A stretch of DNA of 64,000 nt. It comes from Eledone cirrhosa. Its lineage: Eukaryota. The DNA is taken from contig OZ024766.1 of NCBI GenBank assembly GCA_964016885.1, positions 3,534,001-3,598,000 of the forward strand. Direction: 5' to 3'. Position 1 is the first letter of the stretch. Each line of letters begins with the position of its first letter. Positions 43,059 through 55,590 of this stretch are shown here, in pieces. A model generated the notes under the pieces. The model ran no database searches, was not told the origin of the DNA, and was given only the letters and a program-made list of their open reading frames with translations. The position numbers and the translations under genes are program-made.

Positions 43059-46000
43059 TCTTTTTTTAGGGTTTACATGTGACTCCTTAATTCCAGATGA
43101 TGGTGTTCAGCCCTAGGTCAGCCCTCTATCTTATAGAGGTACATCATCAACATTACTCTTTAACGCAGGGTCTAAAACTCTCGGCTTAGAGTGTGGACTG
43201 GATGTTTTTTTGTTGTCACCAGTACAACCACTTTACAGAGTGGACTGGGTGCTTTTTATCGTGGAAACAACACGACCACATTACAGAGTGTACTGGGTGT
43301 ATTTTATCATGACACCAGCACTACCACTTTACAGAGTGTACTGGGTGTATTTTATCATGACACCAACACTACCACTTTACAGAGTGTACTGGGTGTATTA
43401 TATCATGACACCAGCACTAACACATTACAGAGTGTACTGGGTGTATTTTATCATGACACCAGCACTACCACTTTACAGAGTGTACTGGATGTATTTTATC
43501 ATGACACCAACACTACCACTTTACAGAGTGTACTGGGTGTATTTTATCATGGCACCAGTACGACCACATTACAGAGTGGACTGGGTGTATTTTATCATGG
43601 CACCAGTACGACCACTTTACAGAGTGTATTGTATGCTTTTTGTTGTGTCACCAACACTACCACTTTACGGAGTGTACTGGGTGTATGTTATCATGACACC
43701 AACACTACCGCTTTACAGAGTGTACTGGGTGTATTTTATTGTGTCGTGTTGCTGTTTACATTCCAGATTGTTGAGAAAACGGACCTGTGTGGACTGGAAT
43801 TTCTATGGGAGACTTGTTTAAATACGCCCAGCGAGTCGATAGCAGCAGCAGCCATACAGCTCCTTTTAGATATGTCTTATTCCAATCTGACCCCTAAAAT
43901 AAAGAAGGTATGTACTATTTAACCCTTTAGCATTTAAACTGGCTATATCCGGCCAGAATTCTCTCACCTCTTTCTGTTCTGACCGGCTGTAACTGGCCAC
44001 TTATTGACGTAAGGTGTTGTTCTCAAAATAAATAATATCAGAATCTTGTAGATTCGATATTATGTGAGGTAAAGCCTTTACTGTGAAAATACAATAGTAT
44101 ATATAGAGTAATGTAAATGTTATGTGAGGTATTATGTGAGGTAAAGCCTTTACTGTGAAAATACAATAGTATATATAGAGTAATGTAAATGTTATGTGAG
44201 GTAAAGCCTCAATTTAATTTAATCAACTTTCTCCATGCCACAAAATGTATTGGCCTTGTGCCTAAATCAGAACTTATCATTTTGGCAGTAATTGGTAGAG
44301 AGTCGGACACCATGCTCTGTAGCATAGTGTTATGGCCCTTTACGGTCTGAGGTTAGCTTTTCCCTTTCATCCTTACAGGGTCGATTTAATCGACATTCCC
44401 TTTCCCCAAAATTGTTGGCCTTGTGCCTAAAGTAGAAATCAATATTTAATGATACAATCATTATCTAATCAATAACCAATCAGCAGAGATCAATAATCAA
44501 CATTTTTTTATTTCTTGTTCAGGATCCTGTGAATCTTCATAAGAAATTTATCACAGAGTGTTATAACAGATTGGAGGTAAGTTGTGGTGGTGTGGTGTGT
44601 TGTAGTGTGGTGTGGTGTAGTATAGTGTTATAACAGATTGGAGGTGAGTTGTGGTGTGGTGTGGTGTAGTGTAGTGTTATAACAGATTGGAGGTGAGTTG
44701 TGGTGTGGTGTGGTGTAGTGTAGTGTTATAACAGATTGGAGGTGAGTTGTAGTGTGGTGTGGTGTAGTGTAGTGTTATAACAGATTGGAGGTGAGTTGTA
44801 GTGTAGTGTTATAACAGATTGGAGGTGAGTTGTGGTGTAGTGTGGTGTAGTGTTATCACAGATTGGAGGTGAGTTGTAGTGTGGTGTGGTGTAGTGTAGT
44901 GTTATAACAGATTGGAGGTGAGTTGTAGTGTGGTGTGGTGTAGTGTAGTGTTATAACAGATTGGAGGTGAGTTGTAGTGTGGTGTGGTGTAGTGTAGTGT
45001 TATAACAGATTGGAGGTGAGTTGTGGTGTGGTGTAGTGTAGTGTTATAACAGATTGGAGGTGAGTTGTGGTGTAGTGTGGTGTGGTGTAGTGTAGTGTTA
45101 TAACAGATTGGAGGTGAGTTGTGGTGTAGTGTTATCACAGATTGGAGGTGAGTTGTGGTGGTGTGGTGTGGTGTAGTGTTATAACAGATTGGAGGTGAGT
45201 TGTGGTGGTGTAGTGTAGTGTGTTGTTATCACAGATTGGAGGTGAGTTGTGGTGTGGTGTAGTGTAGTGTGATGTAATATGGTGTGTAGTGTGGTGTGGT
45301 GTGATGTAATGTGGTGTAGTGTAGTGCGATGTGTGGTGTAGTGCGGTGTGTGGTGTGGTGTAGTGTAGTGTGATGTAATATGGTGTGTAGTGTGGTGTGA
45401 TGTGATGTAATGTGGTGTAGTGTAGTGCGGTGTGGTGTAGTGTAGTGCGATGTGTGGTGTAGTGCGGTGTGTGGTGTGGTGTAGTGCGGTGTGGTGTAGT
45501 ATAGTGCGGTGCGGTGTGGTGTAGTGTAGTGCGATGTGTGGTGTGGTGTAGTGCGGTGTGGTGTGATGTGATGTGGTGTAGTATAGTGCGGTGCGGTGTG
45601 GTGTGGTGTAGTGCGATGTGTGGTGTGGTGTGGTGTAGTGCGGTGTGGTGTGATGTGATGTGTAGTATAGTGCGGTGCGGTGTGGTATGTGTAGTGCGAT
45701 GTGTGGTGTGGTGTGGTATGTGTGGTGCGGTGTAGTGCGGTGTGGTGTGATGTGATGTGGTGTAGTATAGTGCGGTGCGGTGTGGTGTGGTGTAGTGCGA
45801 TGTGTGGTGTGGTGTGGTATGTGCGGTGTGGTGTGGTGTGGTGTGATGTAATGTGGTGTAGTGAGGTGTAGTGTGGTGTGGTATGTGTGGTGCGGTGTGG
45901 TGTGGTGTAGTCCGATGTGTGGTCTGGTGTGGTGTGGTATGTGTGGTGTGGTGTGATGTAATGTGGTGTAGTGTGGTGTGGTATGTGTGGTGCGGTGTAG

Positions 46001-48794
46001 TGTGAACCTAAAACTGATCCAAAAATATGTTGTAGGTTGCCAGGATTGGAATTGGTGGGTCTGCTCTTGGTCAAGTCATCCTAAGTGCCACAAAAATACT
46101 AACAGCTGTTATTGTTCCTGATGTTGCCTGTGGTACTGTACCTTCTAAGTAAGTGTCTTAGCACTCCACACCTGCTTACACCCCACTACACACACCACAC
46201 CAGACTACACTACAGCACACCACATTACACCATGGGTAAACGACTCTTAAAACATTTTTACTTCTTCAGTGCCATAGACAAGATAACTCATCCGGACATG
46301 CTTGAACTCTTTCCCAACAGTTCATAACTTCAAAGTTATGAACTCTTTTCCAACAGTTCATAACTTCAAAGTTATGAACTCTTTTCCAACAGTTCATAAC
46401 TTCAAAGTTATGAATTCTTTTCCAACAGTTCATAACTTCAAAGTTATGAACTCTTTTCCAACAGTTCATAACTTCAAAGTTATGAACTCGTTCTCAACAG
46501 TTCATAACTTCAAAGTTATGAACTCGTTTCCAACAGTTCATAACTTCAAAGTTATGAACTCTTTTCCAACAGTTCATAACTTCAAAGTTATGAACTCTTT
46601 TCCAACAGTTCATAACTTCAAAGTTATGAACTCGTTTCCAACAGTTCATAACTTCAAAGTTATGAACTCTTTTCCAACAGTTCATAACTTCAAAGTTATG
46701 AACTCGTTCTCAACAGTTCATAACTTCAAAGTTATGAACTCTTTTCTAACAGTTCATAACTTCAAAGTTATGAACTCGTTCTCAACAGTTCATAACTTCA
46801 AAGTTATGAACTCGTTCTCAACAGTTCATAACTTCAAAGTTATGAACTCGTTCTCAACAGTTCATAACTTCAAAGTTATGAACTCGTTTCCAACAGTTCA
46901 TAACTTCAAAGTTATGAACTTGTTTCCAACAGTTCATAACTTCAAAGTTATGAACTCGTTATGAACTCTTTTCCAACAGTTCATAACTTCAAAGTTATGA
47001 ACTCTTTTCCAACAGTTCATAACTTCAAAGTTATGAACTCCTCTCCAACAGTTCATAACTTCAAAGCTAGATGGGGTTACTAGTTTATTGATGTGATGTT
47101 TGTCAATTATTCAGATATGTGTTGTTAATAAATATTTGTTTAAAAAAAAATAGTCATTTTACTGGGGGGGAAAAACGGCACAGCAACTGTAGCTGTGTAA
47201 AATATACACAGCAGTCAACAGGTTAAATATCAAAATATTAAAACTCCATAAATATTTTTTCCACTTATGAGAATTTCAAAACAGCTCCGTCTAGGCATAA
47301 TCTTTTGATATGCTGCTTTAGCTTATAAACAAGGTTTAGATTTTTTGTCCATTTCTCAGACACAAAGTAGGGAGGGTGTCTTATAAACAAGGTCTGGATT
47401 TTGTCCATTTCTCAGACATAAAATAGGGTGGGGCTCTTATAAACAAGGTCTGTATTTTTGTCCATTTCTCAGACATAAAATGGGATGGGGGTCTTATAAG
47501 CAAAGTTTGGATTTTTGTCCATTTCCAGACATAAGACTGGGAGGAGGGGGGCAGCTTATAAACGATGTTTGAATTTTTGTCCATTTCTCAGACATAAAAT
47601 GGAGAGGGGGGGGGGGGGCTTCTTATAAACAAGGTTTGAATATTTGTCCATTTCTCAGACATAAAATGGAGAGGGGGGGGGCTTCTTATAAACAAGGTTT
47701 GAATATTTGTCCATTTCTCAGACATAAAATGGAAAGGGGGGGGGCTTCTTATAAACAAGGTTTGAATTTCTGTCCATTTCTCAGACATAAAATAGGGAGG
47801 GGGAGGGGGGGGGGTCTTATAAATGATGTTTGGATTTTTATCCATTTCGCGATGGGGAGAGGGTGGGGTGGAGGGGTGCTTATATTCAAGTATTTTTGGT
47901 AAACTACTGTAATATTATATATCTAATGACTGTCCGTATTTTGCTGTGTTTTTTTTTCCTCATCTTGAACAGTTGTGGTGTCAAGTCGGATCACAATTCG
48001 GTGAACAAATCGGACCACAATTCGGTCGCCATGGAAACCAGACGCCCCCCTTCGCGGGATCCCGTCTATTTCAGGTATGCATACGTCACTCCTCCATTTT
48101 GTATGTGGGTGTTGGATGGATGAGTGGGGGGGGGTGGGAGGGGTTCACTCTATTTGACTGCCTTTTCTTGTTACTGTTGTTGTTGTTGTTGCTGTTGCTG
48201 TTGTTGTTGTTGTTGCTGTTACTGTTACTGTTGTTGCTGTTGCTGTTGTTGCTGTTGCTGTTGTTGTTGTTACTGTTGTTGTTGCTGTTGTTGTTGTTGC
48301 TGTTGTTGTTGTTGTTACTGTTGTTGCTGTTGCTGTTGCTGTTGTTGCTGTTACTGTTGTTGTTGCTGTTGTTGTTGTTACTGTTGTTGTTGTTGTTGTT
48401 GCTGTTGTTGCTTTTACTGTTACTGTTGTTGTTGCTGTTGTTGTTGCTGTTGTTGCTGTTACTGTTACTGTTGTTGTTGTTTCTGTTACTGTTGTTGTTG
48501 TTGTTGTTGCTGTTACTGTTGTTGTTGTTGTCACTGTTGATGATGCTGATACTACTGCTGCTGCTGTTGTTGTTGTTGTTGTAGACCAGTGAAGATGTTA
48601 AACATAGAGCGACTCCTCTGGATAGCCGAGGCCTACATCCTGAATGTCGAAGAAGTCCATACAAGTCCGCGCAGCATCCTGCCACATGGCACATCTTTCC
48701 AAGGACAGCAGATAAACCTTTTTATATCATCAGAATTACAGAAGCAAGAGTTTGTCTTGATGGTCAGTATTGGACAGTCTTTCTCACTGTCTAG

Positions 48795-48876
<82 letters not shown>

Positions 48877-50228
48877 CTGTCTGTCTTGATGCACTGGGGG
48901 TAATTGCTGGCCTTGTGCCAAAAGTAGAAACAGTTATTACGGGGTTGATACAATAAAGTACCAGTAATACACTGGGGTAATTGCTGGCCTTGTGCCAAAA
49001 GTAGAAACAATTATTACAGGGTTGATACAATAAAGTACCAGTAATACACTGGGGTAATTGCTGGCCTTGTGCCAAAAGTAGAAACAATTATTACAGGGTT
49101 GATACAATAAAGTACCAGTAATACACTGGGGTAATTGCTGGCCTTGTGCCAAAAGTAGAAACAGTTATTACGGGGTTGATACAATAAAGTACCAGTAATA
49201 CACTGGGGTAATTGCTGGCCTTGTGCCAAAAGTAGAAACAGTTATTACAGGGTTGATACAATAAAGTACCAGTAATACACTGGGGTAATTGCTGGCCTTG
49301 TGCCAAAAGTAGAAACAATTATTACAGGGTTGATACAATAAAGTACCAGTAATACACTGGGGTAATTGCTGGCCTTGTGCCAAAAGTAGAAACAATTATT
49401 ACAGGGTTGATACAATAAAGTACCAGTAATACACTGGGGTAATTGCTGGCCTTGTGCCAAAAGTAGAAACAATTATTACAGGGTTGATACAATAAAGTAC
49501 CAGTAATACACTGGGGTAATTGCTGGCCTTGTGCCTATTGTAGAAACAATTATATTACTGTTCAGTAACGGTAGAGGAAGGATGGAGATGGTGTAGTCGG
49601 TTGGTGTGTATATTTGGTTTGGAGGGGGCCTAGTGACTGTAGGTTAACTTTGCATGTAGGGAAGGCGGGTCTTCTGTATTACTGCGTGGCGCCAAAGATC
49701 TCAATCCAGTGACATTGTCTTAGAGAGGTGCAAGTGTGATGGTTGGAATTTATCAAGCCGTGTCAATGTTATGTGAGATATTATGGTTGGAATTTATCAA
49801 ATAAATCATACACAAACAGTTTTCCAAGAGATGTCAACATGAATGGACCTGTTATTTTTATCTAAAGACATTTTATTCCAATTCCACTCCGCCCGTCCCC
49901 TCAATCTATCTTATTTCTCATTCTTTCTTCTGATGAAGGACTAGCGTCCGAAACGTTAAGACCCTCTTCCTGCTATATCAAGCGTTAACTTAATATATCC
50001 CTTCCATATACTGTACCGATTGTGTTATTTCTGTTTACCTTTTACATACACGTGTGTATTTATAAATATATATATAAAACCATTAATAAATGTTCTCTCT
50101 CTTTCTCTTTGCCTCCAAACAGAGTCACAGCAATGAAATGTTGGCGCTGGTGAGGTTAAAAATAGCCAAACGTCTTCGTTTAGATCAATTTCAAATTTAT
50201 GCAAATGAAAGACTTGTGAGTAGATATC

Positions 50229-50270
<42 letters not shown>

Positions 50271-53200
50271 CTAAATCTTATATTAATACACCCAGTACAC
50301 TCTGTAAAGTGGTAGTGTTGATGTCATGATAAAATACACCCAGTACAGCCGGTTTTACAAAGGTTTAAAGGGGTTATATAGGAAGCCTTTAAAATGGTTA
50401 ATGTTATTTATTTTGAGAACAATAACTTAATATTAGTATGAACGGCCGGTTACAGCCGGTTTGAACAAAAAGAAGTGGGAGAATTCTGGCCAGTTAAAAC
50501 CGGTTTGAACAGAAAGAAGTGGGAGAATTCTGACGAGTTACAGCCGGTTTGAACAGAAAGAGGTGAGAGAATTTTGGCCGTATATGGCCAGTTTAAATGC
50601 TAGAGGGTTAAAGGGGTTATATAAGGACCTTTAAAATGGTTGGTTTTGACTGGGTTGGGTATGAAAAGTGTTTATAACCGAATACTGGTGTGTATGAATA
50701 TAACAAAAGACTCAGTTGTGTATATAACGTTTAATTAACAATTTGCAGGTATGTAGAATAGTATAGTTGACAAGTCAATGAAAGTAGATGAAAGAATGAA
50801 GTAAAGTTATTTGTTACCGTTTTGAAGTTAGCTCGCAAGAGACCATTAGGGTTGCCAGTTGAACGCGCCTGGTTAGAAGGCCAGGAGCTGAAAGGCAAAT
50901 GAGAGAGAGATCGCTCTGAGTATCCCTTTTATAGGGTCTCAAGCCGGAAGTGACAAAAAGGGTTGCCACCCCAACGGGAAGTAACTCCAGCTACTTCCTG
51001 TCTAGAGAGCGTTAATCTATTGGTGATGTGATATAAGGTCTCAAGCCGGAAGTGACAAAAAGGGTTGCCACCCCAACGGGAAGTAACTCCAGCTACTTCC
51101 TGTCTAGAGAGCGTTAATCTATTGGTGATGTGATATAGGGTCTCAAGCCGGAAGTGACAAAAAGGGTTGCCACCCCAACGGGAGGTAACTCCAGCTACTT
51201 CCTGTCTAGAGAGCGTTAATCTATTGGTGATGTGATATAGGGTCTCAAGCCGGAAGTGACAAAAAGGGTTGCCACCCCAACGGGAAGTAACTCCAGCTAC
51301 TTCCTGTCTAGAGAGCGTTAATCTATTGGTGATGTGAGCATCACAACAAGGGAGGCAACTCTTGCTACAGCTTTAACTAATGCCTTCCTTTATATATTCA
51401 GTTAAACAGCAGCAAGGACCAGAAGTTGCTTCATCAGTTGGATTTTGAAGACAACCAAATCCTGCAAGTCCGGATCTGTTCAGCTAACAGTGGTTCATCC
51501 AACAGCCAGGTGAAAGAGGTAAGATCTTTACATTTAATTTGATCACATTGTGGTGTGGGGGTTATTTAGGGGCCAGGTAGTGTGTGGTGAATATTTAGGG
51601 AGTCTGGTAGTGTGGTGGTTGTTGCTTAGGTGTCATGTGGTATGGTGGTTATTTAGGTGCTCGTCCAACAGCCAGGTGAAAGAGGTAAGATCTTTACATT
51701 TAATTTGAGATCACATTGTGGTGTGGGGGTTATTTAGGGGCCAGGTAGTGTGTGGTGGTTATTTAGGGAGTCTGGTAGTGTGGTGGTTGTTGCTTAGGTG
51801 TCATGTGGTATGGTGGTTATTTAGGTGCTCGTCCAACAGCCAGGTGAAAGAGGTAAGATCTTTACATTTAATTTGAGATCACATTGTGGTGTGGGGGTTA
51901 TTTAGGGGCCAGGTAGTGTGTGGTGGTTATTTAGGGAGTCTGGTAGTGTGGTGGTTGTTGCTTAGGTGTCATGTGGTATGGTGGTTATTTAGGTGCTCGT
52001 CCAACAGCCAGGTGAAAGAGGTAAGATCTTTACATTTAATTTGATCACATTGTGGTGTGGGGGTTATTTAGGGGCCAGGTAGTGTGTGGTGGTTATTTAG
52101 GGAGTCTGGTAGTGTGGTGGTTGTTGCTTAGGTGTCATGTGGTATGGTGGTTATTTAGGTGCTCGTCCAACAGCCAGGTGAAAGAGGTAAGATCTTTACA
52201 TTTAATTTGATCACATTGTGGTGTGGGGGTTATTTAGGGGCCAGGTAGTGTGTGGTGGTTATTTAGGGAGTCTGGTAGTGTGGTGGTTGTTGCTTAGGTG
52301 TCATGTGGTATGGTGGTTATTTAGGTGCTCGTCCAACAGCCAGGTGAAAGAGGTAAGATCTTTACATTTAATTTGATCACATTGTGGTGTGGGGGTTATT
52401 TAGGGGCCAGGTAGTGTGTGGTGGATATTTAGGGAGTCTGGTAGTGTGGTGGTTGTTGCTTAGGTGTCATGTGGTATGGTGGTTATTTAGGTGCTCGTCC
52501 AACAGCCAGGTGAAAGAGGTAAGATCTTTACATTTAATTTGATCACATTGTGGTGTGGGGGTTATTTAGGGGCCAGGTAGTGTGTGGTGGATATTTAGGG
52601 AGTCTGGTAGTGTTGTGGTTGTTGCTTAGGTGTCATGTGGTATGGTGGTTATTTAGGTGCTCAGCCAACTGGTTCGTCCAACAGCCAGGTGAAAGAGGTA
52701 AGATCTTTACATTTAATTTGATCACATTGTGGTGTGGGGGTTATTTAGGGGCCAGGTAGTGTGTGGTGGTTATTTAGGGAGTCTGGTAGTGTGGTGGTTG
52801 TTGCTTAGGTGTCATGTGGTATGGTGGTCATTTAGGGCTGATGTGGTGTGTGGTGGTTATTTAGGGGCCAGGTAGTGTGTGGTGGTTATTTAGGGAGTCT
52901 GGTAGTGTGGTGGTTGTTGCTTAGGTGTCATGTGGTATGGTGGTTATTTAGGTGCTCGTCCAACAGCCAGGTGAAAGAGGTAAGATCTTTACATTTAATT
53001 TGATCACATTGTGGTGTGGGGGTTATTTAGGGGCCAGGTAGTGTGTGGTGGTTATTTAGGGAGTCTGGTAGTGTGGTGGTTGTTGCTTAGGTGTCATGTG
53101 GTATGGTGGTCATTTAGGGCTGATGTGGTGTGTGGTGGTTATTTAGGGGCCAGGTAGTGTGTGGTGGTTATTTAGGGAGTCTGGTAGTGTGGTGGTTGTT

Positions 53201-54636
53201 GCTTAGGTGTCATGTGGTATGGTGGTTATTTAGGGCTGATGTAGTGTGTGGTGGTTATTTAGGGGTCAGGTAGTGTGTGGTGGTTATTTAGGAGTCTGGT
53301 AGTGTGTGGTGGTTGTTTAGGGGTCATGTGGTGTGGTGGTTATTTAGGGCTGATATAGTGTGTGGTGGTTATTTAGGGCTGATGTAGTGTGTGGTGATTA
53401 TTTAGGGGTCACCTTGTGGTGTGGTGGTTATTTAGGGATCATGTAGTGTGTAGTGGTTGTTTAGGGGTCACCTTGTGGTGTGGTGGTTATTTAGGGATCA
53501 TGTAGTGTGTGGTGGTTGTTTAGGGGTCATGTGGTATGGTGGTTATTTAAGGCTGATGTGGTGTGTGGTGGTTATTTAGGAGTCTGGTAGTGTGGTGGTT
53601 GTTTAGGGGTCATGTGGTGTGGTGGTTATTTAGGGCTGATATAGTGTGTGGTGGTTATTTAGGGGGTCACCTTGTGGTGTGGTGGTTATTTAAGGAGCAT
53701 GTAGTGTGTGGTGGTTATTTAGGAGTCTGGTAGGGTGGTGGTTGTTTAGGGGTCATGTGGTATGGTGGTTATTTAGGGCTGATGTAGTGTGTGGTGGTTA
53801 TTTAGGGGTCACCTTGTGGTGTGGTGGTTATTTAAGGGTCATGTACTGTGTGGTGGTTATTTAGGGCTGATGTAGTGTGGTGGTTGTTTAGGGGTCTGGT
53901 GGTGTGGTGGTTATTTAGGGGTTAGATACAGTGTGGTAGTTGTTTAGACTCAGGTGGTATGTGGTGGTTCTTTAGGGGTTAGATACAGTGTAGTTGTTTA
54001 GGGGTCAGGTGGTATGTGATATTTGAGCCGTATTGAAACGCACGTAGAAATGTATGAATAAAAGATAATTTCATATCCCTGATTTCCTTATAACTTTGAA
54101 TACATCATCATCATCATCATTTTATGTCCGCTTTTCCCTGCTTGCAAGGGTGGGACGGGTCCTATTCAGCACAGCATCTCTCCACTTGTCACGGTCCTTC
54201 ATCATCTCCTCCGTGAGCTTCAGCGATCTGAGGTCTGCTCTCACCACCTCCGCCCATGTTTTTCGTGGTCTTCCTCTACTGCGTCTTCCTTCTACTGGCA
54301 TTTCTTGGCACTTCTTTACCCATCGGTCATCTTGCATGCACATCACATGTCCATACCAACACAGTCTTCTCTCCCGCACTCTACAATTTATCCCTCTCAA
54401 ACACAGTTTATATATATAAAAGGAACGATCGACTTTCGTCAAATCGGACCAAGGAAACAATGTTTCTGTTGGTCTTTCCAATTGCTAATACTATCTATCG
54501 GTTGCAACTCCAGGTAGAAGGAGCAACGTGAAATAAAGTGTCTTGCTCAAGGAAACAACACATCACCCGGTCTGAGAATTGAAGTCACAACCTTACGATT
54601 GCAAGGCCAATGCTCTAACCACTAAGCCATGTGCCT

Positions 54637-54689
<53 letters not shown>

Positions 54690-55450
54690 ACTGAAACATG
54701 CCAACATTTCGATATATTTAGGGGGGGGGGGGGGCTATTGATGAGTTTGGGTGGGGGCCGCAAGTAGTGAAATCCTGGTCTTTCCTAGAAAGCGAGTATA
54801 TGAGATTTGGTTGGGGTGGGGATATAGCTCAGCTGGGATTTGAACCCCCCACCTCTTCCTCTTCACACTATTCCTCCACCTACTTCTCTTTACAGATTCA
54901 AGAATGTCTACGAATTGACCAGGTAAACCACTTCTCTTTTTCCTGAGGTTTTTTTTTTTTAAAAATCACCATTGTTGTTCTTCTTCTTTTCCTTCTTCTT
55001 CTTCTTTTTCTTCTTCTTCTTCTTCTCCTCCTCCAACTTATTCCTGAGAGGATCGTGGGAGCAGAGTCCTCAAACACCCCTTCTATATATATATATATAT
55101 ATACTCAACTATATATATAATATGTCTATATACTCAACTATATATATATATATGTGTGTCTATATACTCAACTATATATATAATATGTCTATATACTCAA
55201 CTATATATATATATAATATGTCTATATACTCAACTATATATATATATATATATATGTCTATATACTCAACTATATATATAATGTCTATATACTCAACTAT
55301 ATATATATGTCTATATACTCAACTATATATATATAATGTCTATATACTCAACTATATATATATAATGTCTATATACTCAACTATATATATATATATATGT
55401 GTGTGTGTCTATATACTCAACTATATATATATAATGTCTATATACTCAAC

Positions 55451-55485
<35 letters not shown>

Positions 55486-55526
55486 CTATATACTCAACTA
55501 TATATATATAATATGTCTATATACTC

Positions 55527-55590
<64 letters not shown>

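Noticed and set aside
46304-47066. CRISPR-like array (36-bp palindromic repeats)
   Set aside because: No unique spacers, no cas genes, and the context is a eukaryotic intron.
47946-48694. Poly-Leu, poly-Asn, poly-Cys and poly-Thr ORFs
   Set aside because: (GTT)n microsatellite read in several frames.
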